A program made the translations under genes and the position numbers. 64,000 nucleotides of DNA from an uncultured Chloroflexia bacterium (GTDB lineage: Bacteria; Chloroflexota; Limnocylindria; Limnocylindrales; CSP1-4): assembly GCA_963724095.1 (NCBI GenBank), contig CAVRTH010000001.1:66754-130753 (forward strand), read 5' to 3'. Numbering within the stretch: the first letter of the stretch is position 1; every line of letters begins with the position of its first letter. This document shows positions 50,546 to 64,000 of this stretch, piece after piece. The notes beneath the pieces are model-generated. The model had not been told where the DNA came from and made no database searches. It worked only from the letters and a program-made list of their open reading frames with translations.

Positions 50546-51570
50546 TTACGCGGTGGCGACGCGATCGGCCGGGGCGGCCCAGGAATGCAACGTGCGGATG
50601 TACTGGGCACGCTCGAACGTGCTCGGATCCTCGACACTGCCCTGGCTGGCAGAACCGCGTAATTGGGTGACGGAGGTGTACTCGTTCTCCTCCAGCCACA
50701 GGCGCATCTCCGACTCGATCTCGGCGATCTTGGCGGGGCCCTCGCGCAAGATCGCCGAAGCGACCATGGCGACGTCAGCACCGACCATCAGTGCCTTCAC
50801 CGCATCGGTGCCGCTGTGGATACCGGACGTAGCGGCCATCGCCACCTCCGGTCCCAGCTGCGGACGCAGGATGGCTGTCCAGCGCATCGGCAGGCGCAGC
50901 TCAGAGGGATGGGAGAGGCTCACGCGCGGTACCACTGCCAGCTCATCGAGGTCGATGTCCGGCTGGTAGAAGCGGTTGAAGAGCACCAAGCCATTGGCGC
51001 CGGCCTCGACCACACGGCCAGCGAAGTTCGCCAGCGAGGAGTAGTAGGGGCTGAGTTTGACGGCCAGCGGCAGACCGACCGCGGAGCGCACCGCAGCGAT
51101 GAGGTCAAGGTCCTCGTCCTCGATGTCGGCGGCGGTGCGGGAGCGGTCGACGCTGACGCGGTAGAGGTTCAGCTCCAGCGCGTCGGCACCGGCATCGGCC
51201 ATAAGCTTGGCGAAGCGGATCCAGCCGCCCACCGAGTTGGCGTTGAGGCTGGCGATGATGGGCACCGAAGCCTGGTCCTTGAGGGCCTCGAGCGTGCGCA
51301 GGTAACGGTCACCCTCGCCGATGAAGGTGTCGACCTCGGGGAAGTAGTCGAGCGCTTCGGCGAAGCCTTCCGTCCCCTGCTCGAGTGACGCATTGAGCTC
51401 AAGCTCTTCGTTCTCGATCTCCTCCTCGAAAAGGGAGGGCATGACGATGGCGCCGGCGCCGGCCTCCTCGATGCGGGCGACCGCCTCCAGGTCGCGGGTC
51501 AACGGGCAGGCTGAGGCGACGATCGGTGAGCGAAGCTCAAGCCCCAGGTAGCGGGTGCTGAGATCGACGG

Positions 51571-51574
<4 letters not shown>
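50546..51574 (-). CDS. Dihydroorotate dehydrogenase-like TIM-barrel flavoprotein (PFOR-associated)
   Basis: 342 aa. MTVDLSTRYLGLELRSPIVASACPLT.., ..LELNLY.., ..PLAVKLSPY.., ..NRFYQPDID... The GTGA start overlaps the PFOR stop. Confidence 0.75.
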
Positions 51575-55216
<3,642 letters not shown>

Positions 55217-55479
55217 TCAGGCCTCCTTGGTATGTGGCTTGGATCACCCGGGCTTTGGTGTGGACTCGGGTCTAAGAGGGGTATGTCCCGCGACCAAGGC
55301 GAGGCCACGGATCGACACTAGTGTGCGCTGCTGGGCAAGGCCAACGGCAGGGCCGATAGGCCCCCCGTGGGGCAGGTGAGCGGTCACCTCTGCAGCATGT
55401 TCCACGGCGCTGCTCGCTCGCGGACGGCTGGCAGGCCTGACGCCGGGAGGTTACGCTGGCATCCCAACGGAGGAGGAAG

Positions 55480-56562
55480 ATGCAACGAGAGATGTGGCGA
55501 GCATTCCTGCTCGCGATGAGCCTGATCATCGTCGGCGCTGTGCCGGCCGTGGCCCAGTCCCAAGATGGCTGGATGCTGTCGTCCGCAGACGACAGCGTGC
55601 TGATCGGCATCCAGCGCGACATCACTGTGGGCCCCACCGACAGCGCCAACGGCGTGGTCGTCGTGAACGGCAACGCCGTGATCGAAGGCGCGGTCGATGG
55701 CCTCTTTGCCGTCGACGCCAACGTCACCCTCAGCGGCGCGAACGCCAGCGTGCAGAACCTCTTCACCGTCGGCGGTTCGCTGGTCGTCGACAACGGTGCC
55801 ACCGTGGTCCACGGCTACTACGCAAGCACCGAGGTGACCGTCGGGCCCACCGCGGTCATCGAGAACGAGCTCGTCAACGCCCAGGAGGAAATGGTCGGGG
55901 CGTTCGCGGCCGTGGTGGCAGTGCTGATCGTGCTCTTGTTCTTCATCATCATCGGCGGTGCCATCGCGACGCTGGCGGTGACGCTGCTGGTCATCGCCTT
56001 CGGCACCGTCCAGACGCGCCGTGCCGCGGCCACCATCAGCAACGACGTGCTCAAGACGATCGTGGTGGGCCTGCTGATGTTGATCTTGCCCAACATCATC
56101 TTCGGGTTGCTGTTCGTGACCATCGTGGGCATCCCGTTGGCCATCGGCCTGATCGTGCTCTGGGGCCTTGTCGTCTTCCTCGGTCAGATCGTGGTGGGCG
56201 TGTGGATCGGCGAGCGGATCCTGCCGCGCGCCCGTACCGCGAATCGGCCATACGGCGCGGCATTCCTGGGCGTGCTGATCCTGATGCTGCTGTGGTGGAC
56301 CGGCGTGGTCCCATTGCTGGCCGGCATCTTCGGTACCGGTGCCGTCACCCTTGCGGGTTGGCGTGTCCTCCGCAGCGGTGGCGCCCCGCCCGTGCCTCCG
56401 GGCTACTACGGCACTCCTTATGGCCAGCCGATGCAGGTGGCGCCCCCGCCGTACGCTCCACCACCGTATGCACCGCCGCCGCCATACGCACCGCCCCCAC
56501 CGCCTCCCGAGCAGTGGCCGCCGCAGGGCGGTCAGCCACCCGGCTCCTGGCCACAGGGATAG
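55480..56562 (+). CDS. Membrane protein: signal peptide + beta-helix-like repeat domain + 4-5 TM helices + Pro-rich PPPYA tail
   Basis: GGAGGAGGAAG RBS. AVPAVAQS signal sequence. Repeats of ..V.V.G.A.I.G.V.. type (bactofilin/polymer-forming-like). Hydrophobic core at aa ~140-300. C-terminus is PPPYAPPPYAPPPPYAPPPPPPEQWPPQGGQPPG. Confidence 0.7.
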   Translation: MQREMWRAFLLAMSLIIVGAVPAVAQSQDGWMLSSADDSVLIGIQRDITVGPTDSANGVVVVNGNAVIEGAVDGLFAVDANVTLSGANASVQNLFTVGGSLVVDNGATVVHGYYASTEVTVGPTAVIENELVNAQEEMVGAFAAVVAVLIVLLFFIIIGGAIATLAVTLLVIAFGTVQTRRAAATISNDVLKTIVVGLLMLILPNIIFGLLFVTIVGIPLAIGLIVLWGLVVFLGQIVVGVWIGERILPRARTANRPYGAAFLGVLILMLLWWTGVVPLLAGIFGTGAVTLAGWRVLRSGGAPPVPPGYYGTPYGQPMQVAPPPYAPPPYAPPPPYAPPPPPPEQWPPQGGQPPGSWPQG

Positions 56563-56596
56563 AAGGCGTCGGCCAACAGGCCCCGTCACCAGACTG

Positions 56597-56638
56597 CCCC
56601 GTCACCCGGTCTCGCCGGCCGGGCGACGGGGTTTCTTC
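56597..56638 (+). terminator. Rho-independent terminator
   Basis: CCCCGTC(accc gg..cc ggg c)GACGGGG stem followed by TTTCTTC (56632-56638), 35 nt after the stop at 56562. Confidence 0.6.
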
Positions 56639-56667
56639 ATGGGCGCGAGCGGTGCCGCGCGGGATGG

Positions 56668-57516
56668 TCAGCCGTGCCGGCCGCGAGTCTCAGCGGCGTC
56701 GATGATGATGGGGCGCAGGCCCTGCTTGAGGAACCAGCTCTCACGGGCAAGCATCTCGTCGAGGCGGGCCAGCCGCGCGGCGGTATCGGGGGCCTCCAGG
56801 AGGTTCTGACGCGCCGCCAAGTCGACCTGGATGAGGGCTGTCAGGACATAGGAGAGCGCGGTCGGGTCATCGGTACCGGTGAGTCGCCGCGCTGCCGCCA
56901 TCAACAGCTCACGGCGCTGCTCCGCGGAGAGGTCAGTGGGATCGGCCGATGAAGCCTCGGCGCTGACGGCATCGGCACTCATGGCACCCGACCCGCTCTC
57001 ATCTTCGTCGTCCACCTCGATCTCGTCGTCCACCTCGATCTCGAACTCGATCTCGATCTCTGGACCATCGGCCTCACCGACCGGCTGCAGCAGCTCGAGA
57101 TACTCGAGGAAGTGCTTCCCTACGCGCTGGGCTCGAGCAAGCACCTCGTCCTGGGGACCGGTCGGTTCATCGAGCAGGCTGACTTGGCCCAGCAGGTACG
57201 GCTCCGAGACGTCGTCGAGATCTTCCAGGCGGAAGCGCTGCTGCCCCACCGTGAGGATGTCGAGTCGCCCATCGGGGTAGGCGCCAGCCCGCCGGATCGC
57301 CGCCGTCGTCCCGATGGCCGCAACCTGACCGTGCCAGGGGCCCACCTCCTGGCCACCGCGCAACAACACCACGCCGAACGGCTCGCCGCGCTCGATACAA
57401 CGACCGATCATGAGCCGATAGCGCTCTTCGAAGATGTGCAGCGGCAGTGCCACGCCGGGGCAGAGCACGGAGCGAAGCGGGAAGATCGGGATCTGGGTCA
57501 CGAGCGGAATGGTCAC
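56668..57516 (-). CDS. LON N-terminal (substrate-binding) domain protein with an acidic repeat insertion
   Basis: IPIFPLRSVLCPGVALPLHIFEERYRLMI..GEPFGVVLL.. (LON/PUA-like domain), with the inserted PEIEIEFEIEVDDEIEVDDEDES segment. Confidence 0.8.
   Translation of the reverse strand: MTIPLVTQIPIFPLRSVLCPGVALPLHIFEERYRLMIGRCIERGEPFGVVLLRGGQEVGPWHGQVAAIGTTAAIRRAGAYPDGRLDILTVGQQRFRLEDLDDVSEPYLLGQVSLLDEPTGPQDEVLARAQRVGKHFLEYLELLQPVGEADGPEIEIEFEIEVDDEIEVDDEDESGSGAMSADAVSAEASSADPTDLSAEQRRELLMAAARRLTGTDDPTALSYVLTALIQVDLAARQNLLEAPDTAARLARLDEMLARESWFLKQGLRPIIIDAAETRGRHG
57005..57060. repeat. 18-bp tandem repeat (x2, then degenerate) encoding the acidic EIEVDD units
   Basis: TCGTCGTCCACCTCGATC at 57005-57022 and 57023-57040, followed by tcgaactcgatctcgatctc. 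Confidence 0.7.
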
Positions 57517-57579
57517 ACAGAATCGGGACGGCGGGCCCGGCCGGGCCCGCCGCTTCGAAGGTCCGACGAGGCGCGCGGA

Positions 57580-57990
57580 TCAGTGGCCGCAGGCGCCGGG
57601 TGCCCCAGCCGAATCTTCGGTGCGGAAGCTGCTGCCGCAGCCGCACCCCGAGACGGCATTGGGGTTGTTGACGGTGAAACCGGCCCCCATGAGTGTGTCG
57701 ACGTAGTCGATCTCGGAGCCCTGGAGCAACTGCCTCGACTGCGGGTCGACGTACACGTTGATGCCCTTGGATTCGACTTTGATGTCCTCTTCGGCGGGCT
57801 GGTCCTCGAGCATCATGCCGTAGCGGTAGCCGCTGCAGCCACCGCTGTAGACGTAGACGCGGAGCCCCACGTCAGGGTCGGTCTCGTCCCTGGTCAGCTC
57901 GGTGAGCTTGGCCACGGCCGCATCGGACAGGGTCACGAGGGGCTCGGAGAGCGGGGCGGTCTGGGGTGCCTGGGGCTGCGTCTCGAGCAT
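57580..57990 (-). CDS. Iron-sulfur cluster insertion protein (IscA/ErpA/HesB family)
   Basis: ..VTLSDAAVAKL..GLRVYVYSGGCSGYRYGM..GAGFTVNNPNAVSGCGCGSSF.. Confidence 0.88.
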   Translation of the reverse strand: MLETQPQAPQTAPLSEPLVTLSDAAVAKLTELTRDETDPDVGLRVYVYSGGCSGYRYGMMLEDQPAEEDIKVESKGINVYVDPQSRQLLQGSEIDYVDTLMGAGFTVNNPNAVSGCGCGSSFRTEDSAGAPGACGH

Positions 57991-58217
57991 CGAGTGGGGA
58001 CCTCCGGGATCTTGGCGTCGGTGCGGACATCTCCGCGGGCGTAAATCCTACCTTCACGCTACGGATTGAGCAACCGCGGGGCCCGACCGACCACGCCGGC
58101 CGGGTCCATCACGGGCGTGGGTGTGCAAGCTGATATGCAGGAGGGTGGTCTGCGATGGTGACGAGCCGTACTGCCGGGTGGTGGTTCGGATCGGCGCCGG
58201 GCGACAGGCTGTCGCTC

Positions 58218-58799
58218 ATGAACATCGGCCCTGCTCGAGTCACAAGTCTTGCCCTGGCGATCGCCGCACTGCTGGCCATCTCACTTGTCGGTCCGGCTAC
58301 TGCTGAATCCACCGTGGTGCGTGTCCCGAGCGCGGAGAAGTACGCCAAGAGCCTGCTCAACTGCACCCGCACGGGCGGCTGGGTCGAAGCCGATGGCAGC
58401 TGCAGCGATCGCGGCAGCGGCAAGTACTCGGCCTATCGCAAGCCACTGCCGCGTCACCGGGGCATCAGCCGGAAGGTGGCCTGGCCCTGGGCGCGCAACA
58501 TGGTCACGTACGACGTCTGTGGTCACGTCATCGCCGGCAAACCGGAACTCGGCAGCCGCATGCTGCGCAAGGGCTACCGATATCCCTTCTACGGCGAGAA
58601 CGTCGGTTGTGGCTGGGGCTATGGGTCGGCCGAGGACGTCGTGCTCGCCACCCATCTCGCCATGCAGGCGGAGAAGGCCTACCGCGGCGGACACTGGAAG
58701 AACATGAAGAACGACGGTTTCCGCAGCGTCGGCGTCGGCGTCGCCACCCGCGATGGCGTCACCATGGTGGTCTTCGACTTCTACGGGAAGCGCTGGTAG
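58218..58799 (+). CDS. Secreted CAP/SCP (PR-1-like) domain protein
   Basis: MNIGPARVTSLALAIAALLAISLVGPATA signal peptide. The C-terminal ..GENVGCGWGY..AMQAEKAYRGGHWKNM.N..FRSVGVGVA is typical of bacterial CAP domains. Confidence 0.65.
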   Translation: MNIGPARVTSLALAIAALLAISLVGPATAESTVVRVPSAEKYAKSLLNCTRTGGWVEADGSCSDRGSGKYSAYRKPLPRHRGISRKVAWPWARNMVTYDVCGHVIAGKPELGSRMLRKGYRYPFYGENVGCGWGYGSAEDVVLATHLAMQAEKAYRGGHWKNMKNDGFRSVGVGVATRDGVTMVVFDFYGKRW

Positions 58800-58850
58800 C
58801 AAAGCGCTTCACGGCGGCCCGCCACCCAAGGCAGCCCGAGGCGCGCGAGA

Positions 58851-60077
58851 TCAGGCCTCCGGGTTCTCCACGATCGTGGCGATGCCCTGCCCCACTCCGA
58901 TACACATGGTGGCGAGGCCGTAGCGCGCTCCTCTCGCCCGTAGTTCGTGGACCAGCATCGTGAGCAGCCGCGCCCCGCTCATCCCCAGTGGATGACCCAG
59001 CGCGATGGCGCCACCGTTGACGTTGACTCGCTCTACGTCAAGCTCCAGCTCACGGATGCAGGCGATCGACTGGCTGGCAAAGGCCTCGTTGAGCTCGATG
59101 AGGTCGAGGTCGTCGACCGAAAGGCCGGCTCGTTCGAGCGCCTTGTATGTGGCCGGCACGGGTCCCATGCCCATCACCGAGGGATGTACCCCGGCCACGG
59201 CCGTGCTGATGACCCGGGCCAGTGGTCGAAGCGCCAGGGTACGGGCGCGATCCGCCTCGACGACCACGAGTGCAGCAGCACCGTCGTTGATGCCCGAGGC
59301 ATTCCCGGCCGTGACAGTGCCGTTCTCGCGGAAGACCGGCTTGAGGGCGGCCAGCGCGGCGTCGGTGGTGGCGGGCCGTGGATGCTCGTCGCGATCGACC
59401 CGGTGCACGGAGCCGTCGGGCTGGGCGGCTTCGACGGCCACCAGTTGAGCATCGAAGCGGCCGGCCGCGATGGCATCGGCGGCCCGTCGCTGGCTGTGGA
59501 GCGCGAACGTATCCTGCTCCTCGCGTGTGATGCCCCACTGTTCCGCCACCAGCTCGGCAGTCTCTCCCAGTGGCAGGACCGGATAGGCAGCCTCCATTCG
59601 TGGGTTGACGAAGCGCCACCCCAGGGTGGTGTCGGCACGCTCGGGCGGGGTGCCCGAACCCGGCTCCGGCTTGAGCTCGACGATGGGTGCGCGGCTCATC
59701 GATTCCACGCCACCCGCGATCATCACCTCGCCATCGCCGGCCATGATGGCGTGGGCGGCGCTGTTGACTGCCTGCAGGCCCGAGCCACACAGTCGGTTGA
59801 CCGTCTGGCCGGCGACCTCCACCGGCAGGCCGGCGAGGAGGGCCGCCATGCGCGCCACGTTGCGGTTCTCCTCACCGGCCCCGTTGGCATTGCCGAGGAT
59901 GACATCATCGATGGCGGCCGGGTCGATGCCACTCCGCTCGACGGCGGTACGGACCACCAGCGCGGCCAGGTCGTCAGGGCGAACGGAGCGCAGCGCGCCA
60001 TCGCGCCGGCCGATGGGCGTTCGCACCGCCTCCACGATCCAGGCCTCCCGGAGACCGCGCTTCAGGTTCCGCTTCAC
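58851..60077 (-). CDS. Acetyl-CoA C-acyltransferase (thiolase)
   Basis: ..[12 protein letters not shown] (active-site Cys), ..NEAFASQ.., [20 protein letters not shown], ..MCIGVGQG... Confidence 0.92.
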   Translation of the reverse strand: MKRNLKRGLREAWIVEAVRTPIGRRDGALRSVRPDDLAALVVRTAVERSGIDPAAIDDVILGNANGAGEENRNVARMAALLAGLPVEVAGQTVNRLCGSGLQAVNSAAHAIMAGDGEVMIAGGVESMSRAPIVELKPEPGSGTPPERADTTLGWRFVNPRMEAAYPVLPLGETAELVAEQWGITREEQDTFALHSQRRAADAIAAGRFDAQLVAVEAAQPDGSVHRVDRDEHPRPATTDAALAALKPVFRENGTVTAGNASGINDGAAALVVVEADRARTLALRPLARVISTAVAGVHPSVMGMGPVPATYKALERAGLSVDDLDLIELNEAFASQSIACIRELELDVERVNVNGGAIALGHPLGMSGARLLTMLVHELRARGARYGLATMCIGVGQGIATIVENPEA

Positions 60078-60087
60078 ACACGCGATG

Positions 60088-60840
60088 CTACTGCGCCCGC
60101 AGGAACTGCAGCATCACCGTGTTGAAGGCGGAGGGCCGTTCGGCCACTACCACGTGGCCTACGTCGGGCGCGACGAAGAGCCGAGCGTCGGGCAACTGGC
60201 GACGCAACTTCACGGCCTGCTCCAGCGGCACCCATGGGTCGCGATCGCCGTACGCCAGCAGGATGGGCAGGCGCGCTCGACGGAGCTCCTCTGGCGTGGG
60301 CAGGCGCCCGGCCACGATGTCTTCGCGGATGGCCACCATCAGCTTCTTCCAGGCGCCCGCCCCCTGGACCGGGTCGTGGCGGCGCGCCAGCCGGGCCGCC
60401 CACGCCGGATCCTCACGCTCGATCTTGTCCGGGTCCATCAGGTGACGCGCGACGCTGCTGCGCGGCTCCTTCTCCACACCCACGGCAGCCACGACCGCGC
60501 TGATGATCCGCTCGGGATGCGCCATGGCCAGCGAGAGTGCGGTGCCCGCGCCCATCGAGAGTCCGCCGACGTGGAAGCGCTCCAATCCCAGCGCATCGGC
60601 GAGGGCAAGTGCGTCGTCGAGCAGCATGGCGTGGCTCCAGCCAGTGTCCGTGTCCCAACGCGTACCGGCATGGCCCCGCGCATCGGGCAGGAAGAGCCGG
60701 AAGTGGTTCCGCAGCACGGGCCGCTGCGCGGCCCAATCCTCGGTCGCCGAAGAGGTCGCCGCGTGCAGCAGCAGCAGCGGTGGGCCCTCACCCTCGGCGG
60801 TGTAGCTGATATCCAGCCCGTTGGCGCGGATGATGGTCAT
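60088..60840 (-). CDS. Alpha/beta hydrolase
   Basis: PLLLLHA.., nucleophile elbow GLSMGAG, and a C-terminal ..GHVVV.E.P. Confidence 0.85.
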   Translation of the reverse strand: MTIIRANGLDISYTAEGEGPPLLLLHAATSSATEDWAAQRPVLRNHFRLFLPDARGHAGTRWDTDTGWSHAMLLDDALALADALGLERFHVGGLSMGAGTALSLAMAHPERIISAVVAAVGVEKEPRSSVARHLMDPDKIEREDPAWAARLARRHDPVQGAGAWKKLMVAIREDIVAGRLPTPEELRRARLPILLAYGDRDPWVPLEQAVKLRRQLPDARLFVAPDVGHVVVAERPSAFNTVMLQFLRAQ

Positions 60841-60884
60841 GGTCCCGATGTTCGCACGTCAGGACGGGTAGGCTGTGCGGCCTC

Positions 60885-61547
60885 ATGACCAACGACGACC
60901 ACCCGATCGAGGATGAGTTGCGCATCCGCCGGGTCGCCCACCGGGCCAGCTACGATCGCGACACCATCCACCGCATCGTCGACGCTGCGCTCATCGCCCA
61001 CGTGGGCACGATCCGGGATGGCAAGCCCATCGTCATCCCCATGCTGGCAGTGCGCGATGGCGAATGGCTGCTGCTGCACGGCGCACCCGCCGCCGGCACC
61101 GTTCGACGCGGTCGTGGACAGCCGGTCTGTGTGGAGATGACACTGCTCGACGGACTGGTCCTGGCCCGGTCAGCCTTCCACCACTCGCTCAACTACCGCT
61201 CCGTGGTGATCCATGGCGAAGCAGAGCTCGTCAGCGACGCGGACGAGCGGGCCCACGCCCTCGACCTGATCATGGAACGCCTGGTACCCGGACGCGGGGC
61301 GCAGCTACGCCCCACCACGGACGCCGAGATCAGGCAGACAGCTGTCTTGCGTATCTCGTTGGAGCGCGCCTCTGCCAAAGTGCGCAGCGGGCCTCCAGGC
61401 GATGACGAGGCGGATTACGACTTTCCCGTCTGGGCCGGTGTGGTGCCGGTCAGCACAAGCACGGGCCAACCCTCGCCGGACCCACGCCTGATGCCCGGCA
61501 TCGAGCTCCCACAGAACGTGCGGGACCTGGCTGAGACGCCACGCTAG
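60885..61547 (+). CDS. Pyridoxamine 5'-phosphate oxidase-family FMN-binding protein
   Basis: ..RASYDRDTIHRIVDAALIAHVG.., ..SAFHHSLNYRSVVIHGEAELV... Split-barrel family pattern; 220 aa. Confidence 0.75.
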   Translation: MTNDDHPIEDELRIRRVAHRASYDRDTIHRIVDAALIAHVGTIRDGKPIVIPMLAVRDGEWLLLHGAPAAGTVRRGRGQPVCVEMTLLDGLVLARSAFHHSLNYRSVVIHGEAELVSDADERAHALDLIMERLVPGRGAQLRPTTDAEIRQTAVLRISLERASAKVRSGPPGDDEADYDFPVWAGVVPVSTSTGQPSPDPRLMPGIELPQNVRDLAETPR

Positions 61548-61562
61548 ACCAGATCTCGGCGA

Positions 61563-61892
61563 TCAGCTCCCACCGAGCGGGGACGGTTCGAGCGGCCGCT
61601 CCAGGACGTCTTGCTGCTCCGGGTGCTTCTGCAACCAGCCCACCACGAAGGGGCACTCAGGCACGACCCGCAAGCCGCGCTGCCGGGCGTCATCGATGAC
61701 GGCCTCGACGAGACGGCTGCCGACTCCCTGGCCTTCGAAGCCTTCCTGCACCACGGTACGGACCAGCACCATGCGGTCAGCCGACAACTCGTAGTCGAGC
61801 AGCGCGGCCATCGCGGGGTCATCGCCCAGCGTGGCTTCATAGCGCTGATGCTCGGGCACGTCGCGCACGGCCAGCACAGGTCGTTCGCTCAT
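61563..61892 (-). CDS. Small GNAT N-acetyltransferase (YjdJ-like)
   Basis: 109 aa with ..FEGQGVGSRLVEAVIDDARQRGLRVVPECPFV.. Confidence 0.8.
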   Translation of the reverse strand: MSERPVLAVRDVPEHQRYEATLGDDPAMAALLDYELSADRMVLVRTVVQEGFEGQGVGSRLVEAVIDDARQRGLRVVPECPFVVGWLQKHPEQQDVLERPLEPSPLGGS

Positions 61893-61940
61893 CGCCCCTC
61901 CTTGAACGCCTCGAACATCTGCGGTAGCAGCGCCGACGGC

Positions 61941-63129
61941 TCAGCATAGAAGGCATCGCCATCGACCTCGATACGCGCGCGTGGCGACGGCGGCGAGATC
62001 GACCGGTCGGGTGGCGATGAACTCGCGGATGACCTCGGCGTGCGGCTTCAGCGAGCCATCCGGTCGCAGCAGGCCGAAGTGCCGCTCGTGCAGCTTGGTG
62101 TCGCACGGCGGGCGGTCCCACAGTCGCTCGTGGTAGTCGGCAAAACACCACAGCATGGCCCCCCGGGAGCCGACCTCGACCAGCCGCGGCAGCACCTCTT
62201 CAAGATGCTCGGCCAGCGCCGCCTCGGACAACATGATCTGGCGCCAAGGCTGTCCCTGCACCTCCCATTCCCACGTCGTGGTGTCCTCACCGGGCGGCGC
62301 GGTGCAGGCTCCGAACTCCTCCATCATCGTGGGTTTGCCCGACAGCGCCGCGGTGAGTGCCGTGGCGAAGGGCACGGTGTCGGGATCGAGCGCGTCGGCT
62401 CCGAAGTTGGCGTAGATGGGATACGTGTGCATGACCGCGATATCCGCGTCTTCGAACATGCGGTCGGCTCGGAGTCCATTGGCCTGCGACATCAGCGACG
62501 GCGCGTGCAGACCGATGGTTCGGTGCCGCGCGGGATCGAGACTCACGGATGGCGCCGAACATGCGATGCGCCCAAGCTGGGCCGGCGACGGCGTCGGGTG
62601 GGAGAGCGAAGTTGTCCGGCTCGTTGCCCAGGTTCCAGGCCCACACGGCGACATGGTCGCGCAGCCGGCTCACGACTTCTCGCAGCAGCATCTCAGCCGC
62701 ATCCAGCGCCATGGGGTCCACCCATGGGTTGCGGTACGGGCCAGCATCGAGGTTGCCGCCGCTGATGACCTGCCGCCCTTCGGGCACTGGCTCCACGCCA
62801 CCCAGGAGCCACGCCGGCGCCCAGTTGGGACCGCTCATGTGGCCGGTGAAGAACGTCACGTCGAGGCCGAGACCACGCTCGGCCGCCACGTCGGCCACGA
62901 TCTCCAGTTCGGCCAATGCTCGCGAGGACACTGCCGTGGGTGTCGGCGCGAAGTCCTCCCACAGCAGGAAGATGCGCACCAGTGTCATACCCAGTCCGGC
63001 GATGACGTCGAACTCTGCGGCCACCTCGTCGCGGTCGAAGTCCTTCCACCAGTACATCGCCTTGCGGCGCGGCCAGTAGTTGACGCCGACCGGGAAGGGC
63101 TGACCGATGGCCAGATCGGCAGGGCTCAC
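61941..63129 (-). CDS. Glycoside hydrolase (GH5/clan GH-A-like), +1 frameshift as assembled
   Basis: N part (track 62287..63129): GVNYWP..LGMTLVRIFLLWEDF..WNLGNEPD (NEP acid/base motif). Continuation (track 61941..62654): SLDPARHRTIGLH..MHTYP..PTMMEEFG (nucleophile Glu). The switch is at ~62541. The span is 1189 nt (3n+1). The GTGA start overlaps the GH36 stop. Confidence 0.7.
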
Positions 63130-64000
63130 GCGGGCACCCGCAGCAGCTCGAACACGCGAGCGCCGAAGTCGCCGCGCTGCTGCGATTCCCAGGCGTGGTC
63201 ATCGAGGAACAGCCCGGTGGCCATGAGATCGTCACCGCCGCGCAGCATGACGTTGGCGCGGCTGACCCAATCCTCTGCCTCCGGCCAGACGCTCACGGCA
63301 TAGGTCGCGGCCGGGTCGAGCCCGCGGAGCGGCAGCAGCGATGGACCCGGCAGTGGACGCGACAGCGCTCGATACCAGCCCACCAGCGCGTGGCCGGCGT
63401 CATCGGCCACCACCATCCAGGCGGTCTCGTTGCGGTCGCCCTCGAAGGGACTCAGGAGACGGTGGAAGCGGCCCCGGTGCAGCAGCTCGCGGCGTTCCTT
63501 GTACCAGGCGATCTGCTGCTGCACGCGTTCGTGCTCCAGGTCATCGAGCTTGCGCGGGTCCAACTCGTAGCCGAGGTTGCCGAAGAAGGCCACCGCGGCT
63601 CGCGTGTCCAGCGGCGTGGTCCGACCCACCTGGTGGTTGGGCACCGCCGAGACGTGCGCGCCCATCGCTACCAGCGGATATACCAGCGAGCTGCCGTACT
63701 GGATGCGCTGGCGCTCCACGGCGTCGGTGTCGTCGCTGGTCCAGACCTGGGGTGCGAAGGCCAGCATGCCGGGGTCATTTCGGCCCCCACCGCCGGCACA
63801 GGACTCGAAGAGGATGTCGGGGAAGCGTTCGGTCAGCCTGGCGTAGAGGTCATAGACACCGAGCATGTAGCGGTGGAAGAACTCGTTCTGCCGCTCCGGT
63901 GGCAGCGAGGCTCCGAAGGGCTCGGTGATGACCCGGTTCATGTCCCACTTGACGTAGGTGATGGGCGCGCTACCGAGCACGGCACCGATGACCCGCTCCA
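63126..64000 (-). CDS. Alpha-galactosidase (GH36), C-terminal part; the gene continues beyond the window
   Basis: ..YVKWDMNR.., FESCAGGGGR, VWTSDDTDA. The frame stays open upstream of the track Met to nt 64000. Confidence 0.88.
   Translation of the reverse strand, partial: ERVIGAVLGSAPITYVKWDMNRVITEPFGASLPPERQNEFFHRYMLGVYDLYARLTERFPDILFESCAGGGGRNDPGMLAFAPQVWTSDDTDAVERQRIQYGSSLVYPLVAMGAHVSAVPNHQVGRTTPLDTRAAVAFFGNLGYELDPRKLDDLEHERVQQQIAWYKERRELLHRGRFHRLLSPFEGDRNETAWMVVADDAGHALVGWYRALSRPLPGPSLLPLRGLDPAATYAVSVWPEAEDWVSRANVMLRGGDDLMATGLFLDDHAWESQQRGDFGARVFELLRVPA

Overview
A high-GC bacterial chromosomal segment; gene content suggests Actinobacteria or Chloroflexi/Thermomicrobia, but I cannot place it more precisely. 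It is densely coded, with about 60 protein genes and one tRNA. I found no rRNA, CRISPR array, IS element or integrase.

Layout:
- 1-6.4 kb: a defence-type island with a Cas4/RecB-nuclease + exonuclease + SF1-helicase gene, a DUF3883 PD-(D/E)xK gene, a C5-cytosine methyltransferase, a convergent BglII-fold endonuclease and Vsr.
- 6.4-12.5 kb: an MFS transporter, two type II toxin-antitoxin pairs with clear operator repeats flanking an orphan MerB-like gene, and a SAM-methyltransferase.
- 12.5-25 kb: guanine-deaminase-like amidohydrolase, xylulokinase, an xanthine-dehydrogenase-family L-S-M operon with a convergent MocA-like gene, a YyaL thioredoxin-domain protein and a HAD hydrolase.
- 25-31 kb: an operon of a large ATPase-LuxR regulator, a tandem-cupredoxin lipoprotein and a CxxC protein, plus an orphan amino-methyltransferase with alpha-type (I before IV) motif order.
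- 34-45 kb: a sugar-catabolic supercluster (AroE-like dehydrogenase, RbsD, FGGY kinase, SDR remnant, split transketolase, SorC regulator, DUF2291, ABC transporter).
- 45-64 kb: tRNA-Ile(UAU), ATP-dependent DNA ligase, LysE/Lrp pair, PFOR plus a DHOD-like protein, IscA, thiolase, hydrolases, and GH5/GH36 glycosidases.

The most notable feature is the number of broken genes. At least 13 single-base frame lesions are visible, and almost all behave as +1 insertions. They are about ten-fold denser in the defence island, where all three nuclease genes are broken while the methyltransferase and Vsr are intact. Whether these are assembly errors or real decay cannot be decided from the sequence alone.

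Many long antisense ORFs in the supplied track are high-GC shadow ORFs and were not called.
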